A stretch of DNA of 63,092 nt, counting the filler, from Sphacelaria rigidula (Eukaryota), in assembly GCA_964200075.2 (NCBI GenBank). It is 11 parts of 11 records of this genome, joined end to end, with 100 filler letters (N's around TTAATTAATTAA, not from the genome) between each part and the next. Parts side by side here need not be neighbours in the genome. Positions count along the whole stretch, not along the records: positions 57,449 to 63,092 come from CAXNAA020025612.1; 10 more parts are not named here. One strand, written 5' to 3'. The translations under genes were made by a program, and so were the position numbers. The notes under the pieces were generated by a model, which ran no database searches, was not told the DNA's origin, and was given only the letters and a program-made list of their open reading frames with translations. This document shows positions 60,942-63,092 of this stretch, in pieces. The first letter of the stretch is position 1; the number at the start of each line of letters is the position of its first letter.

Positions 60942-62987
60942 CTGCAGACCTCAAAGCACACAGAATCCCATCATGATCCTCAGCTGAAATGTTGCAATCA
61001 GCTGACAGGGTGAGACAGCCAATCCATGGATCGATCATAAGTACCGGCTGTTGACGTGGGTGCAGGGACGAGAGCACTCTGAGGACAGAGCAGTAGTAAG
61101 GGCAAATTTAAAATTCAATAGTCAGATTTTCATTCCGAGGGGATAGCGCTGTAATTTGTGGCACTAAGGTGTTGCAGTTGCACGCAAGGGGAGGTACAGC
61201 AATACGCAAGGGCAGAGTTTGCCTCTCCATGTGATTTTGTTTTTTCATGTAGAGTACCCGGCAATGGCGCAGTAATAGCGGTATATATATATATGTATAT
61301 ATATGCAAGGTTATTTATTTAATAATTTGGGACCTTGTTATCTAGTTTGGATGCCTCCTGCGACCCCTCACGTTTTTTGGTAACTTGTCCTTCTTCTCGT
61401 TTTTTCTCTCTGTTTGTGTGCACGTGGAAAGTTATCGTGTATGATGTTCATCCTCATGAATTATGAAACAATGTACAGCACCGTAACGGTGAAAACATAT
61501 TTATATCCATTTACCCAGAACATCACATCAGTCCACAAAAAAATAAGTTCATCGAATTGATCCGAACACGAAAGTCAGGGGGAATCTGGGTATATACTAC
61601 TTGTGAAAACAAGACGTACCTGCTCTGACAACTTCTAGCCTTTGCGTAAGTTGGGACCAGCTGCTGCACCGGGGGGATCGCATCGCGTCCGGTATCTACC
61701 GGATATATCCCCGGTATTTCTCGGGGTGTCCCATACCGTGGTTTGCGTGGGTATCGTAGGTATGAGTTTGGAAAATATCCGATTGAACGGGTACGGCAGG
61801 TATTGAAATCTCGAAATATCGTGGTTTCGTAGGTTTCGTACGTATGAGTTTGGAAAATACCTGATTGAGCGGGTACGGTAGGTGTTGAATTAGCGTAATA
61901 CCGTAGTATAATGTATATCGTAGGTATGAGTTTGGAAAATACCCGATTTAGCGGGTACAATGGGTAATGAAATCTCGAAATACGGTGATATCGTAGGTAC
62001 GATTTTTGAAAATACCCAATTGGGCGAGTACGGTAGGTAAGTATTGAAACCTCGAGACACCGTGGTATCGTGGGTATCGTAGGAATTGACATCTCGAAAT
62101 ACCGTGGTATCGTGGGTGTCGTGGATATGATATTTGTATACACGATTGGGGCCGTATCGGTGGGGTGTGAGATTCCCGAATACCGGTGTACCGGGTACTA
62201 TCATAGTATCTAACTTTCCGAAGGTGCCTGTGCAGTCTGTAGTGTCACCACATACATGAAAACCGGAGCATCGATAGCTGCCCGTAACTAGAGCGTGACT
62301 GTAGGAGCCGCACGTGTATGTAGTGTGTCGCGAGTACCTGTGAAATGAGCGCATGGCACACCTCCCTACGATACGTTTCAGGCTGCAAGCGGTGACGGCC
62401 CCTGTACTGTTGTTTAGTATATTTACAGGCAGTACAGTATTCGCACGACAAAAAAATGAACCCTACTTTACTCCCGTACAGTATATTTCATATATATTGA
62501 AGTATACCCAGAGAGTGAGTATTTGCCGAGCACGGGCCGGTTTGATGCGATAGCGTCTCCTTGTGTAAAGCAAGTGCGGTAGCTCTCAATGAGACCGCCG
62601 TCACGCAACGGTAGAGTGCTACATAATACTTACTGCACCATGTGCCAAAACGGACCTATCCTCTAAGCGTGAGTTAGTTCGATGGCGACGACACCTCGCT
62701 AAGCAGAGTAGGTGACACACTGCCTTATCATGCACAGATACACCAGAGGCTTGCCCTCACCTGCTTGCGGTATTCCTTCGCAAACGTCGAACCCCACTTA
62801 GCCACCACGCCTCCCAGCACAGATCAACATGAGCCGCGGCCGCCTCTATGAGCGCGTCACCCTTCTTACTAGCGTCCAGCCCCGGGGTTGATCCATTGTG
62901 TATTCGCCGCCTCGCCCAGACAGCTGTTGCAGCCTCGTGGGCGAACTCTCGAAGATGGTGTCGGAAGTATGCGCAAACCTTCAATAA
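60942..62987 (-). CDS. Tentative spliced gene; candidate exons 62987-62761, 62337-62256, 61695-61620, 61078-60942
   Basis: Each block has yag|...|gt boundaries and an open frame. The reading-frame path is ambiguous and no domain is recognised. Confidence 0.4.
61728..62225. repeat. Degenerate tandem array (about 75-80 bp units), probably a non-autonomous transposon body
   Basis: About five units of accgtggt..ggtatcgtaggtatgagtttggaaaatacccgatt..gggtacggtaggtattgaaatctcgaaat; a shorter copy at 60660-60830. Confidence 0.8.
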
Positions 62988-63092
62988 CTGATCCGCAATA
63001 ACGGTCGCATCTCCATCGAGCCGGTCGCCCCGGTGGCTCAGTTGGTAACCTCGTAACCTTTTGATGGTTGAGTTGGGGGGTTCGATTCCCGG

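Noticed and set aside
61523..62143. 206-aa ORF with repeated peptides
   Set aside because: Mostly read-through of the degenerate tandem array.
63020..63092. Functional tRNA gene (also 22025-22097 and 21660-21730)
   Set aside because: A and B boxes are present, but I could not fold a proper acceptor and anticodon stem; better explained as SINE heads.

Overview
This is not one locus. It is 11 unrelated short eukaryotic scaffolds of 5645 or 5644 bp (apparently length-sorted), joined by artificial 100-nt spacers (N44-TTAATTAATTAA-N44). Scaffolds: 1-5645, 5746-11390, 11491-17135, 17236-22880, 22981-28625, 28726-34370, 34471-40115, 40216-45860, 45961-51604, 51705-57348, 57449-63092. Adjacency across spacers means nothing. 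The content is repeat-rich eukaryotic DNA; a brown alga or related stramenopile is my inference (GT-AG short exons in long introns, a KRE6/SKN1-like exon, TTAGGG repeats, a phaeovirus-like gene). Host gene pieces rebuilt by hand: six in-phase exons of a rhomboid protease, a two-exon SnoaL/NTF2-like fragment, a three-exon low-complexity protein, a KRE6-like exon and a tentative minus-strand gene. Mobile DNA: a decayed Ty1/copia element, two inverted copia gag relics, an RTE LINE nested in a MITE with a 9-bp TSD, tRNA-derived SINEs, Sola-like and piggyBac-like MITEs, and foldback elements. The standout is scaffold 7 (34471-40115): a gene-dense, giant-virus-like segment with a short-intron gene, an internal (TTAGGG)n tract flanked by a 14-bp direct repeat, an ankyrin gene, an orphan ORF bracketed by an 87-bp repeat, a Bro/KilA-N-like gene, and a 46-codon Fanzor/TnpB-like fragment that runs off the contig end and is missed by the ORF track. 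All family calls come from motif recognition by eye; no searches were run.
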